Positions 24,930 to 37,913 of a stretch of 64,000 nt of DNA are shown piece after piece. The position numbers and the translations under genes were made by a program. Where the stretch lies: contig MCFH01000072.1 in assembly GCA_002104945.1 (NCBI GenBank), positions 124,001 through 188,000 on the forward strand. Reading direction: 5' to 3'. Below the pieces are notes generated by a model. The model did no database searches. It was given only the letters and a program-made list of their open reading frames with translations, and was not told the origin of the DNA. The stretch comes from Piromyces finnis finn (taxonomy: Eukaryota > Fungi > Neocallimastigomycota). Positions within the stretch are counted from its first letter, which is position 1. The number at the start of each line of letters is the position of its first letter.

Positions 24930-27900
24930 TTAAGCAACAATTTTCTTATTATTATCGGTGTTGAAAGCTCTACCACTAATAACATCATAAATTAAATAAT
25001 CAATTTTTTGTTCTGTTTCTTCTTCTGTTGATTCTTCAACATAAATAGATGGTTCCTTGAGATCATTATTTTCAGAAATATCTTCAGTATAAACATATAC
25101 TTCATCAATATTTGGAACACTCTTAACCTTCTTTAAATGTCCAATTTTTTCACCACCATTTGGTGAAACAATTTCATTTTCAATTATTGGAGTATTTGTT
25201 TCAATCATCATTTTATTATGTTCAGATTCAACGGATTCAGATTCAACAACCGTAGTAGTCGTAGTGACGGTTGTAGTAACAGTCGTAGTAGTAACTTTTT
25301 CCTTTTTAATACTTTGTTTTGTAACTTCATTATTTACAGTGATAGTTGTCTTTTTCTTATTATCACTAGATGTAGTAGAGGAAACACTATTTTGCTTAGT
25401 GATAGAACAAACATTTTGTTCTTCACTTTGTTTCTTGAGAGTAGCTTCTGTAGCTTCTTCTGTACTACTGACATCTTTTTTTTTTTTTTTAAAAAATAAA
25501 TAAAATGATTATGTTAATATTTTTTTTAAATAAAAAAATTATAGTCATATACATCTTTTTTTTTTTTTTAATTATCAATTCATTCTTTTTTTTTTTTTTT
25601 TTTACTTTACCTTTAATACTTAAAGCTTTGAATTGTTCCTTAACATCAATAAGACTAGCTTTACTAAGTGGTCCTAATTCAGTTTTCTTTGTTGTAGATA
25701 AAGTCATTTCTGAGAATTTTCTATTCAATATTTTCTTTTGTTTCATTAATTCACGTTTTTCTTTTTGTTCCTTTAAAAGCTTTTCTCTCTTTTTCTTTTG
25801 AAGGGCTTGTTTTTCAGCTTTTTCATTTTCTAATTTAGCATCATCAAATTCTTGAATAAAAACTTTAAATATTTCAAAAAATTCTTCTGGGGTTTTCTTA
25901 GCATCTTCACCATAAAGTTTTAATACTCTTTGGTATTGCTTTTGAGCACTTTCATACATTTTATCTAAGGATTCGCTTTTACTAATAGCTTTATTTAAAA
26001 ATTCTTCCATTATATCACAGAAAGTATCTTCCTCTTTTTCTTCTTCTTTCTTGCCCTCTTCTTTTTTTACATCACTTTTATTTTCTTGAGGGGTTGTAGC
26101 TAATTCTTTTTTGGCATTATTATTTTTTTGACGCTTAAGAATACGAACTAATGATTTAATATCTCTGATACCAGATTTCATCATTACAAAAAGACTTTGA
26201 ATAATGGATGGATTAACTTTAACACCATCTTCAACATGCTTTAATTCATCTCTAAAGTTGAGTACATCAGGATAGGTGTTTTGAATAAGATTAGCAAGAT
26301 AATTCATTAAAGATATTCTTCTTCCATTATGAACAGTCTTGGTATCAACTAATTTTACAAGACTATTGATTTGGAAACCATAAGCACCACCACGATTACC
26401 TGAATTCATATAGTTACCTAAAGCTAATATGATCTTTAAAATATTTTTGAAATTTTTACTTTTAATTAAATCATTACTGGCATTATCATACCAATTAATC
26501 ATGGTAAAGATATCATCAACATATTCCTGGAAACAACACTTGAATTGAAGAGCCTTCAACCTATCTTCATAGTGATCAATTTTTGAAATATCCATAAAGA
26601 ATTGTTCAGCTAAATCAAATTTTTCGTCGGTGGCTTCATACATCTTAACTAAAGCGTATTCCTCTTCGGTTGGACAAAACTTTAAAAGTTCTGGAATGAT
26701 ATCCTTACTAAGGTTATGATGATCAGCGGTAATTAAAGCCTTTCTAATTTGCTTTGAATCTAATTTTACGGCACGAAGCATAATACAACAATTTTGAGAT
26801 CTTTTTGGATCAAGGAAGGTAACAAGCTTCTTGGTTGAGGCTTTAACTAATTGAGAATCTTCACCATTACCAGAATCGGTATTCTTCTTTTTACGTTGGA
26901 AGGCAGAGAAAATATCTTCAAAGTTTGAAAGTTCACCAGATAATTCTTCTAAAACCATGGTATCATCAATATCTTTCCAAATAGTTTCACCAATTAAATA
27001 TGGTGGTATTTTGGTCCAATTTAATGATTTCAATGGCTTTGAAGAAAGATTAGTTTTCTTTGCTAAAATACCAACATGTTTATTAAAACCTGGAGCAATT
27101 GGTGGTTTAGCAGCAATAGTCGCGAATCTATTTTGACTTTTTGCCATTCCTGGAACTGGAGGTGGTGGAGGTGGAGCTACTCCAGCTGTTGCCATTGGTG
27201 GTGGAGGTGGTGGAGGTACACCAGCTGAAGATGGTGTTGGTGGAGGTGGAGGTGGAGGTGGAACACCGGCTGTGGCTGGTGTTGGTGGTGGAGGTGGTGG
27301 AGGTGGTGGAGCACCAGTACCGGCACCAGTAGAGGGCATTGGTGGAGGTGGTGGTGGTGGAGCACAAACACTACCAGTAGAAGATGGTATTGGTGGTGGT
27401 GGAGGTGGTGGTGGAATGGCAGCTTTTATTTCAAGATTAGTATTATTTATCATGACTGGTGGAGGAGGAGGTGGTGGTGGGATATTGGAATTGGTAGTAT
27501 TTGATGAAATCATGACTGGTGGTGGTGGTGGTGGTGGTGGTGGTATATTTGATTTAGCGATAGTAGTTGATTGCATGACTGGTGGTGGTGGTGGAGGTGG
27601 AGGAATAGTAGAAGACTTATTTTCTGTTACAGGTATAACAACAGATTGTGGTGGGGAAGGTAAGGAAATACTTAACCTTGGAGTTTTCTTTGATTTATTA
27701 TATTTATTTGGTAATAATGGAGAAGATGGATTACTAGATTGATATTCATCAGCAACTATTGAACTTTCATTAAGATCAAGGTCTAAAAATATAATAAAAT
27801 ATTTTTATTAATATAATAATTATGTTAGTTTTTCATCATTCATCATAAGAATACTAAAAAAAAAAAAAAGTTTTTCATCATTTATCATAAGAATACTAAA

Positions 27901-30827
27901 AAAAAAAAAAAGTTTTTCATCATTCATCATAAGAATACCGAAAAAAAAAAAAAAAGATATAAGGATATGATCTTTTCATTCTTCTTACCTTTTAAGATTA
28001 TCATGGAATTTCTATTATTAATAGAATCATTAGAAGAGGCAGATTTTAAACAACTGATAGAGGAAGATTCACTTAAATAAAAGGAATCCATTTCATCTCT
28101 TCTAGCAATTTCTTTTGTAGTTTTCTCTAAAACTTGTTCAGTATTAGCAAGATCCTTCTTAGCTTGATTAAGTTCTGAAGTTAATCTAGCTACTTCATTA
28201 ATCTTTTTAACTAAAGACGTTTTTAAAACGGTATACTTTGCAGTTTTACTGTAAGAAGCATGCTTCTTCTTTTTATTGTAAGCTGTAGTTCTTCTCTTAA
28301 TACTATTTCTAGCAGATATATCACCACTAAAGGAAGAATCAGGGGAATGACCTATATTTAAATTTGCATCAAAACTGATTTTTCTACTTAAACTTTTCTT
28401 TCTATTTTGTTGAAGTTTACGTTTTTGACTGTAGGAATGAGACATAGTACGAGAATGAGAAGGTCTTAAAGGTGAAGAGGGTGTATTCTCTTGTTTATTT
28501 AATACACTTTCCATAGTTTTAATATTATCAATGACTCTTTCAACGTTAATATCTAAAAGAGCTGCTTGTGGATCAGATTGTGTATCATTGTTTTTCAATA
28601 CAATATTTTGAGTTAATTGATCAATTAACATCCACATCGCTGTTCTTTCACCAGAATCCTTTGGCATTAATAAGGAATGTTTCAACATATTAATGAAATA
28701 TTTATAGCATCTAGTATCTTTCATAGAATTATTTAATGATTCAAATAACAATACAGCATCCGCATCACTAGAATTACAATTAAATCTCTTGTATAATTCT
28801 TCTTCATCCTTGTTTGCACTAGTTTCAAAGATCTTAATTTGATTACTAATGAGACTATCATTTAAATTTTTCAATTTTTCGAAAATTTCCAATATACCAA
28901 GGTTAGTAAATTCGTAACGTAAATGAGTTCTGAATTCTACAGTAAGTTGAGTTTGACCACCACTTATAATTGCATTAATTAAAGATAAAGAGGCAAGTTG
29001 AAGGTCGTGATCAACAGTTTCATTTTTGTATTGTCTTCTTCTGTCTAAAATTAATCCCCTGATAACAGTTTCAAATCTTTTGGTTTCTCCTGCAATATCC
29101 TTGAAATCAGTTAAAGCTTGTAATACATATTTATGTCCCTTTGGTATCATACAGACAGCTGCTAATATTTCTGAGGCTAAACAACGAGTTCTTAATGTAG
29201 ATGATCTTAAACAAAGAGCAATGACAATAATGGCTTTTGGATCATCCATCATTGTTTCTAAACCTGAACCATGATTCATAATAGCTTTAATACATTGAAT
29301 ATATAAGGATTCGATTTCATCATAATTTGGTCCATAATCCTTATCATCTTCTTCTAATTGTTTCAAATTAGACAAGAGTAATTGTAAACCACCATAATTA
29401 ATGAATTTATCAATAATATCTGAAACCATATGAGTGTGTAAGGCAGTAGCAATATCTGAAATAATTTCTTTATCGAATGGATTTTCCTTCAATCTTTGGG
29501 TATATGAAATGCAATAAATTTCGGCTGAATCATTGCCGTTAGCATTATAATATTTTTGAATGAGTTCCCATTTTTGGGAATTTGGAAGAGCAGATATAAA
29601 ATCTCTACTATCACTTGGTAAAGATAAAGCTTCCATAATATCCTTTGAAAGTCTGTTAAGTTCAACAGTAGATGGAACAGGTAATGATACATGTGGTGAA
29701 AATGCCATTAATTCATCATCATCAAAAAGTTTAGTGGAAATTCTATCAGAATCAAGACTTAACTTTGATATTTCCTTTATACCTTCTTGACTAGCTTTAG
29801 ATGATTCTTTTAATTCAGTCTTATTAGGTTGATTATTTTGTTTTTTATTATTATCTTCATCGCTGTATTTATGTCTTGAAGATTGTTTATTTATTTCTTC
29901 ATCACTATATTTATGTCTAGTAATATGTTTATTACTGTCTTCGTCATTATATTTATGTCTAGTATTTTGATTTTTTATATTTTCATCACTATGTTTATGT
30001 CTACTGGAATGATTGTGTGATCTATTTAATTCTTCATCGCTTTGCTTATGTCTACTAGAATGATGGTTTGATCTATTTAATTCTTCATCACTATGCTTAT
30101 GCCTATTAGAATGAGAATGATGATGACGTGATCTAGTTGAATCAACATCACTACGTTTAGATGATTCTCTTCCATCTTCTTTTTTATGCCTTATTGGTCT
30201 GTTATAATCATCATAGTTTGTCTTTGAGGAATTACTTACTGGCTCATTATTATTTCTCGATACTGAAGTTTTATATATAGTTTCTTCTGATTGATTATAA
30301 CGTGATTTTTTACTATCACCTAAAGAAGATTTATTACTAGAATTTTTACCATAGTATTGAGTATATCTTTTTTCCTCATCCTTTTCTTCATCTTTTAAAA
30401 AGTCATTTGAAAAATCAAAATCCAAATTTAAATTAAGCTTTTTGAACTCTTCCTCAATATTTATTTCTTCATCAAATAACTTATGAGAAGAGGCATTATT
30501 TGATTGTGGTAAAGAAGTAGAATAGCCAGATAAATTATTTGAAGATGTATTTGGAATTATAACTTCACCCAATCTTGGATCATTAACCATAGTATATGAT
30601 GATGAAGCTGAAGGTAATGTTACTGAATTACTACTGCCATGTTGTATTTTTCCACTTGTTTTGCCAGACTTTTTATATTTTTTTGATTGTTTTTTAGAAG
30701 ATTTATGATTATAATGTTGACTTTGTGACACATATAAAATACTGGAAGGGTCACTGTTGGATCTGTGTGGTGGACCCTTAACAGTATATGAATCATATCT
30801 TAAATTCTTTGATTTTGCGTTACCCAT
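24930..30827 (-). CDS. Diaphanous-related formin of DAAM-like type (GBD/FH3-FH1-FH2-DAD), about 1851 aa, 3 exons
   Basis: Exons 30827-27989, 27782-25611, 25474-24930 total 5556 nt in frame. FH3 EILAAVCMIPKGHKYVLQAL...ETKRFE, poly-Pro FH1, FH2 LKSLNWTKI / LDPKRSQNCCIML / LALGNYMNSGNRGGAYGF / PEEFFEIF, and DAD-like IDYLIYDVISGRAF. Confidence 0.95.
27827..27955. repeat. Three tandem ~42-bp repeats inside formin intron 1
   Basis: Unit AGTTTTTCATCATT(C/T)ATCATAAGAATAC(T/C)(A/G)A(n) starts at 27827, 27869 and 27911. Confidence 0.93.
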
Positions 30828-33800
30828 TTTGTGAGTTTATTATTAGGTTGATATTTTTTTATTTATATCTTTTTAAAATTATTATTGAAATTTAAATTCA
30901 ACTTTTGTCTATTTGTTAATTATACCATACAAAAATGAATATACCAAATTGTAAAGTTTATAATAAAAAAAAATAATATATTAGCATTTAATATTTTTAA
31001 ATATATATTATATACATAGACTATAAAGAAAACTATAATATAAAACGTGTGTGAAAATAAATAGTCATAAATTTCTAAATTAAAAATATATATAAGATAA
31101 TTCATTTATATATTCTATTTTAAAGATAGTTTTCTTTGCTAATTTTTTATATATTGTTAATATTTATTATATAATTAAATGTACTATACGAAATATATAT
31201 TGTATATTAAATATAAAGAGAATTTCTTTGATATTTTTATAATATTAATTATTGTATTATTATATGTTATATATGTTATATATTAAAAGGTTGAAGATAA
31301 TTTCTTTTCAAATTTTATAATATTAATAATTGTTTTTTTTTTTTGTTTTTTTTTTTTGTTTTTGGAATATCATATATATTTACGATAAATTTATCTTTTT
31401 GTATTATCAAATAATATTTTTATGTAAAATTATAAGCTGAAGTACTATTTGTATCCTTTTTTTACTTTTTAATATATACATTTTATGGTAATTATAATAC
31501 AGATAAAAGAGTAAAAAAAAAAACTTTTTATTAACAATATTCTTTAATATAAATCATTTATATTTTATTTTCCTCTTTATTTATATTAAATGAATTTGTT
31601 GTTAAATACTACTTTTTTTTTCTTCTTTCTATTTATAAAAATAATTTTCTTGGAATTTTGAATTAATATAAATTTGTAATAAAATAATAAATTGACATTT
31701 TAAATATAGAAAATGATTCTTCTTATATATATAGGAATATCAAATAACTTTTATAAAGTATATATTTTATTTTAAAAATTGATATTTATTTCTTCTTATT
31801 ACCTTTAATATATTGTTAATCTTTTAATGATTCGTTCTTACTTTATATTTTAATTTTTATTATTATTAAAGTGAAATATTTAGTCACTAATTAATAATAA
31901 TATACTATTTCATATTCATTATTTAAATTATTTTATGCTGTTGTAATTTGTTTAAATGTTTTAGTATTAAAACAATATTAAAAGTTGAAGTTTTTTAACT
32001 TTTACTTTCTATTTGTTATATAAAACAAATATAGTTTAAAAATCAAATTATTATTTAAAAAAGAGAAAAAAAAAAAAGTATAAAAAAAAGACTAATTTTA
32101 ATAATTTAGTATAACAAATACCCATAAAATTTTATATTAAAAATTTAAATTATTATATTTGATTATTGGAAACAATAAATAATAATAAAATTATAAAGAA
32201 AACTGATTAATATAAAATATTATGAAATAAAAAAAAAAAGATTAAAACTTTTTTCTTTATTATAATTGAATGATAATAATAGATAAATAGTAAGAATTTA
32301 AGCATTATTATGGCTACAAATTTTTATTTTTACTTTTTTTCTTTCTATGAATATATGAATATAGCCATTCAAATTAAATCATTATTTAATTATATTTCTT
32401 ATGTTTTCTTCTATTATAACCACACATTAAGAATTAATCTATTTTTTTTTTTGTTTTTTTTTTTAATTTTTAATAAAAATTGTGTCTAATAAATTAATAT
32501 AGAAATATTAATTATTATATATCTTTTAATATCAAAATTTATCTGTTTATATAAAATTCAATATATTATATTATATTATTTAATATAATTTATATATAGG
32601 TGATAATATTTTATATTATTACTTTACTCTATAATTATGGACAACTTTGTAACAGAGTTTATTTATTAATAAAAAAGTTTTTGTGTAATTCGACATTAAA
32701 GCACAATTACTATTAATTATATATTAGACTATATTATAATATATTTAAAAAATATTATCAAAATCAAAATAAAAATTTCCAAAAAAAAACATAATTAATT
32801 TTTTTTAAAAATAGTATTTTTAAATAATATTAAACATATATTACAATCAATATTAATATATGTAATTCTAATTTTAATTTAGTTTATATTGAAATTCTAT
32901 TTATTTTAACCCTTTCCACATAAATTATTAGTAGATTTTTAATATAAAAATATTGATATTTTAATTTATTTAAATTTTGTGGCATTCAAGAGGTAAATGT
33001 AACACTACGGCTAATCAATAAGATAAATATTTTAATATATTGTTTGTAGTATATTGGAATATATTTTAATGAATCAAATCTAATAAAACTTCAGCTTTTC
33101 GATATGAAAATTACAAAGAAAAAAAGAAAAAAGAAATAGAACAAAATAGGAAAAAAAAAAAAAAATACTTAAATTCTTGCATAGAAAGAATTGCACAGAA
33201 AGAAAAAAGTGGGAATAAAAGAATTTTAATAGAAAATTAAAAGATTAAAAGTAATAGAAAATAATGTGTGTTTATTTGTTTGTATTGTGCTATCCTTGAT
33301 GTTTTAAATAATTTTGTGGTGAATAATAAAAAATTATTTGTGGTGGTGGTGGTGATAAATAATAGCATGATTACCACGCGTCACAATAAATAAATGATAA
33401 TAGTAAATAATAATTAAGATTAAATAAAACATTTATGACTAATACATAATATATAATAATAGTATATATAAAAAAATGTATTAATCGTCAAAATACTATT
33501 AATTGTAGTATAAGAAGGATTAGCTAAATCATGCGGATAATAAAATAATATCAAAATAATAGGATTATGGATGTTTATTTTATAAAGTTTATTTATTTTA
33601 ATTAAATATAAAAATATCAAGGTAGTTTAAACTGTCAAAAAATTTATATAAAATTGTTATGCATAGGCCTATTTCATAATAAACAAAAACAATTCATATA
33701 TTGTTTAAATCTATCTTTTTATTCAATTCATAAAAAAAAAAAAAGTTCTTTTATTCAATATTTATTTAATTAAACCGGTTATATTAATATGTTATAAATA

Positions 33801-34419
33801 TCTTTATTTATATAGTTTAATAAAAAGAAAAAAAATACTTTATTTAATAGATATTAAAAATAATTAAAAAAATTTAAATATAGTGTAGTTGATAGTAAAT
33901 AAATAATAATTTTTTAATTATAATTTATTTTTAGTTTCCTATAATATATTTTATAAATAAAAATTAATAATAATTTAATCATGTCTTTCATATAGTCATC
34001 GATAATTTTAGAAAAAAGGAAAAAAAGTCACTAAATCATGTTTTCCTATAAATATATTATTTTTAATTATTTCATTACTAATACTTTTTTTATTTAAAAA
34101 TATATATATATAAAAAAAAAAAAAAGAAAAAAATATAAATATCATAGTTGTTCTTTCTTTTTGAAGTTTTTTCGATTATGTTTAATATTGGAAATTTGTC
34201 CCAAAAAATTAAAATTAATACCTAGATACCCGAAATAATAATAAATAGTAATATTATTATTTAAATATAAAATAGGATTAAAACAATTTTCTACAAGAAA
34301 CTATATCAATTATTTAAATACCCAAATAAAAAAAAAAGGCCTTATAAATTAATATTGTGTAATTCAACAAAAAAAAATTTTTTTTTTGAAATTAAATATT
34401 ATTAATATATTTTTTGAAA

Positions 34420-35058
34420 ATGCGTTTTCAAACTCTTCAAAATAACTATATAGTTTCAGAATTTGGAAAAGCTTTTATATCTTCAAAGGAACAATTAAAT
34501 AAAAAACTTAATGTAAATAATAATGAAGGTATAAAGCAAAAAGATAATTTGTCGCAATCCATTGAACTTTTCAAGAAAATTGCTAATGCTGACAAGAAAG
34601 CTATTTCAAATTCTACAAAATTATTAAGTCGTGCTTCTTCTAATAATAATAACAATTATGTTATTATCTCCAATACATTAAGTAGTGTATATGATGGTTT
34701 TAATTATGATAATGAAAAATATGAAAAAGCATGGAATTCCAACGTATCTGTAGCATCAATTTATTCTAATCAACATTTACCAAAAGAATTTAAAAATATA
34801 AAAGAATTCAATACTTTTCCAAATAGTAATATCATATTCGGAAAAGAAAACCCAAAGCCATTTTTTGTTAAAATAGAAAGATCAATTGAAGAAAATAAAG
34901 AAAAAAGATTGTTCTATCGAAAAAATATTTCTTATAAATATATTAGTTTTAAAGGTATTGATAATCTAAAATGTTTTAGTATTCCAATGGAGGATCTGAT
35001 TAAAATCTCTAAACCAACTTCTTTTAAATGTTTCTCATCCACTGGATTCACAATGTAA
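34420..35058 (+). CDS. Hypothetical single-exon protein (about 212 aa)
   Basis: Uninterrupted ATG-started ORF, more GC-rich than its flanks, with ordinary amino-acid composition. No family motif recognised. Confidence 0.55.
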   Translation: MRFQTLQNNYIVSEFGKAFISSKEQLNKKLNVNNNEGIKQKDNLSQSIELFKKIANADKKAISNSTKLLSRASSNNNNNYVIISNTLSSVYDGFNYDNEKYEKAWNSNVSVASIYSNQHLPKEFKNIKEFNTFPNSNIIFGKENPKPFFVKIERSIEENKEKRLFYRKNISYKYISFKGIDNLKCFSIPMEDLIKISKPTSFKCFSSTGFTM

Positions 35059-35794
35059 CCCACCAAATACAATTTGGAAATATTAAAACTATAATTATTT
35101 TTTTTATCGAAAAATAAATTGATGAAAAAATATATATATATACCCTTTATTATCATTATCCTATATGTATTATATTTGTATATTTGTAATATATAAAATA
35201 AAAAAAACATATCTAAATAAAATATAATATCACTTAAAAAAAGTAAAGTTTAATGATATAAATATAATAATTGATTATTTAAAAAAATGTTTTATAAAGC
35301 TTAAATCTGAATTGAATATTTTTATTAAATACTAGCTATTATAATTTTATAAGGAGTATCATTATTTCATATTATAAACTTTTAATTCCAATAATTGTAT
35401 TATAATAAATCATTTTAAAGTTAAAATATTTTTTTTAAACATAATAGTTAATTTGTTACACAACATTTTTTTAACAAAATAAAAAAGTTTATTATTGATT
35501 AGTCTTTTTTTTTATTTATTTTATTCATTATAACTCTTTTTTTTTAAAAAAAAAATAGTTATATATTTAATATTAAATGAATCCATATAACTACTTTTAT
35601 ATATAAAAATGAATATATATATATAAAAAAAGAGAATATCCCAAATGTGTAAAAATAAAATAAAAAAAAAAGATGATACTATTGAATTATTTAAAAATTA
35701 TTATTTTATTATTAATAATGAATAATAATGAATAATAATTACATTTTTGATAATATTATTTTAATTACTACTAAAACCAGATATGGTGTATTTC

Positions 35795-35828
<34 letters not shown>

Positions 35829-36017
35829 ATTGTTTATTGTTTAATTGTTTATTTATTTTAATAATTAAATTAAAGTTTAATTTTTTAATACATTTATATT
35901 TTAATTTATTATTTCTAGAAAGTTTATCGTTTATAATAATATAAATATTATTTTTTTTTTTACTTTTTTTTTTTTTATTTTTATTTTAGAATTAAAATAA
36001 TAAAATATTAATTAAAG

Positions 36018-37913
36018 ATGTCAGGTAAAAAATAAAAAGAGAAAAGTGCTTTTAATAATTAAATATTTATAATATTTATATTTCTTATTTTAAAAATTAC
36101 TAAAGTACTTTATATATTTAATGAAATTGATGTATCATAAATTTATATCTTTACATATAAATAAATTTAATATAAAAATATTTTATTATCATTGTGCTGA
36201 AGTATTTAAAAATAAAAAATAGATATAATAAAAACATAATTTTAAAAAAATAATTAAAAATTTATTCATAATAACAATAGCAATGATAAAATAATATTTA
36301 CAATAAAATAAAATAAATTAGTAGTAGTAAATAATTTTTAAGAATTCCTTTATTTTTATTATTATTAATGTTGTTATTATTTTGTTTATCCAATTAGATT
36401 TATATTTCCCACCAACTACTAAAATTTGTTACCCAAAGGATATTACTTGGGTTGAAGACAAGAATTGGGCTAATGAAGCCGTTTTAGTTTATTTTATAAA
36501 TGATGATGGTGGTATGGGTTATGTTCAAATTGTTTATTCTTCCATGTCGTAAGTATAAATTTAGTTGCTAAATAGATATAAAAGTTAATAAAATAAGAAC
36601 ATTTAATTTTAAATTATTATAATAAGAAATAAATTCTATTGAATTAAAATTCTATTTATATCAATAATACATTTAAATTTCAAAAAAAAAAAAAAAAAAA
36701 AAAAAATAAATAAAGAGTTAATGTTACTACTCAAGTACGTATTATAATTATAAAAATAGTAGTTATTCATTTATATTACAATAGGAATTTTTAAAAAAAA
36801 GGATATATATCATAAATAAAATAGGTTTCAGCAAAGTTTTGGAATAAGGATCATAATCAATTTGCTACCAAGACTGGTAAAGGTTCTAATTTAAATCTTT
36901 CAGAAGATAAGCGTTCCAGTTCTGCCATTGACACTGAATTTACTAGTTTAAGCGCTGATGAATTCCATTATAAAATTAAGGCTAACTTCGAACCAAAGAA
37001 AATTAGATATGATTTAGATTTCACTAGTACTTGTCAATACGCCTATCAAACTGATAAGATTCCATTCGATCCAGAAAACGAAAAGAATGGTTATTGTAAG
37101 TCTTTTTTTTTTTATATTAATAAATATATCAATATCAATAATAAAAGAGAAAATTATATAAATATAATAATACTATAACCTTAACCATATTAATGGATAA
37201 TTGTATAATTTACATTAAATAAATAGGTATTCATAGATTTATTCCAACTGGTAGAGTTACTGGTACTGTTGTCATTGATGATAAGACAACTATTAATATT
37301 AATGGTACCGCTTTATACAGTCATGCTGTTCAACAAACTCCACAATTTTGTAAAAGGTAAATTAATGCATAAAGTCTAATAATAAATTATTTCTTAGAAA
37401 TATATAAATAATTTTCTAATACAATATTCAATTAATATATATTTATATAAATTATATAGATGGAATTTAATTAACATGAATAATGGTACCGATGGAATAA
37501 TGTTACTTGAATTTGTTAATAAGGCCACTAGTGTTGGTAAAGCTGGTTTAGTTTTAGATAATAAATTAGTTGGTGTTTCTACAGAATGTACTGTTAATCA
37601 AGTTAGCTGTACAATTGATAAGGATACTAAATATGAAGTTCCAAATGAAATAAAATATACTTTCAAGGGTAAAACTATTGAAGGAGAAAAACCATTTACT
37701 GTTAATTTAACTATGAAGCCATCAAATCAAGTTGATCGTATTGATTGTCTTTCCTTCTTACCATTCCTTATTCGTAAATTCATTCAATCCTTTATTTCTA
37801 AACCATACATTTACCAATGGTTAGATGAAGGTGAAGCTGAAGTTATTATTGGTGATGAAACAAAAATTATTAAAGGTCTTGTTTTACAAGAAACTTCTCA
37901 TGTTAGCAAGTAA
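36018..37913 (+). CDS. SVF1: Survival factor 1 (Svf1) family lipid/ceramide-binding protein
   Basis: Exons include a 7-nt first coding exon (36018-36024) and a 19-nt micro-exon (36716-36734). Motifs GYVQIVYS, HRFIPTGRVTGT, HAVQQ..RWNLINM, IMLLEF and DRIDCLSFLPFLIRKFIQSFISKPYIYQW. Confidence 0.88.

Noticed and set aside
27128-27742. Gly-rich, Val/Glu-rich, His-rich and Thr/Ser-rich overlapping ORFs (27272-27742 +, 27141-27332 +, 27177-27371 -, 27128-27367 -)
   Set aside because: They are antisense or alternative-frame shadows of the poly-proline FH1 codons (CCA/CCT runs lack stops). There is no independent evidence for them.
27827-27955. Possible CRISPR-like array or box C/D snoRNA (ATGATGA occurs in the units)
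   Set aside because: The units are contiguous with no unique spacers, the context is a eukaryotic intron, and there is no downstream CTGA box D or terminal stem.
30828-34419. 3.6-kb intergenic region checked for ncRNA or hidden exons
   Set aside because: No structured GC-rich segment or coherent exon chain was found. ORFs 30920-31105 and 33420-33620 are low-complexity artefacts.
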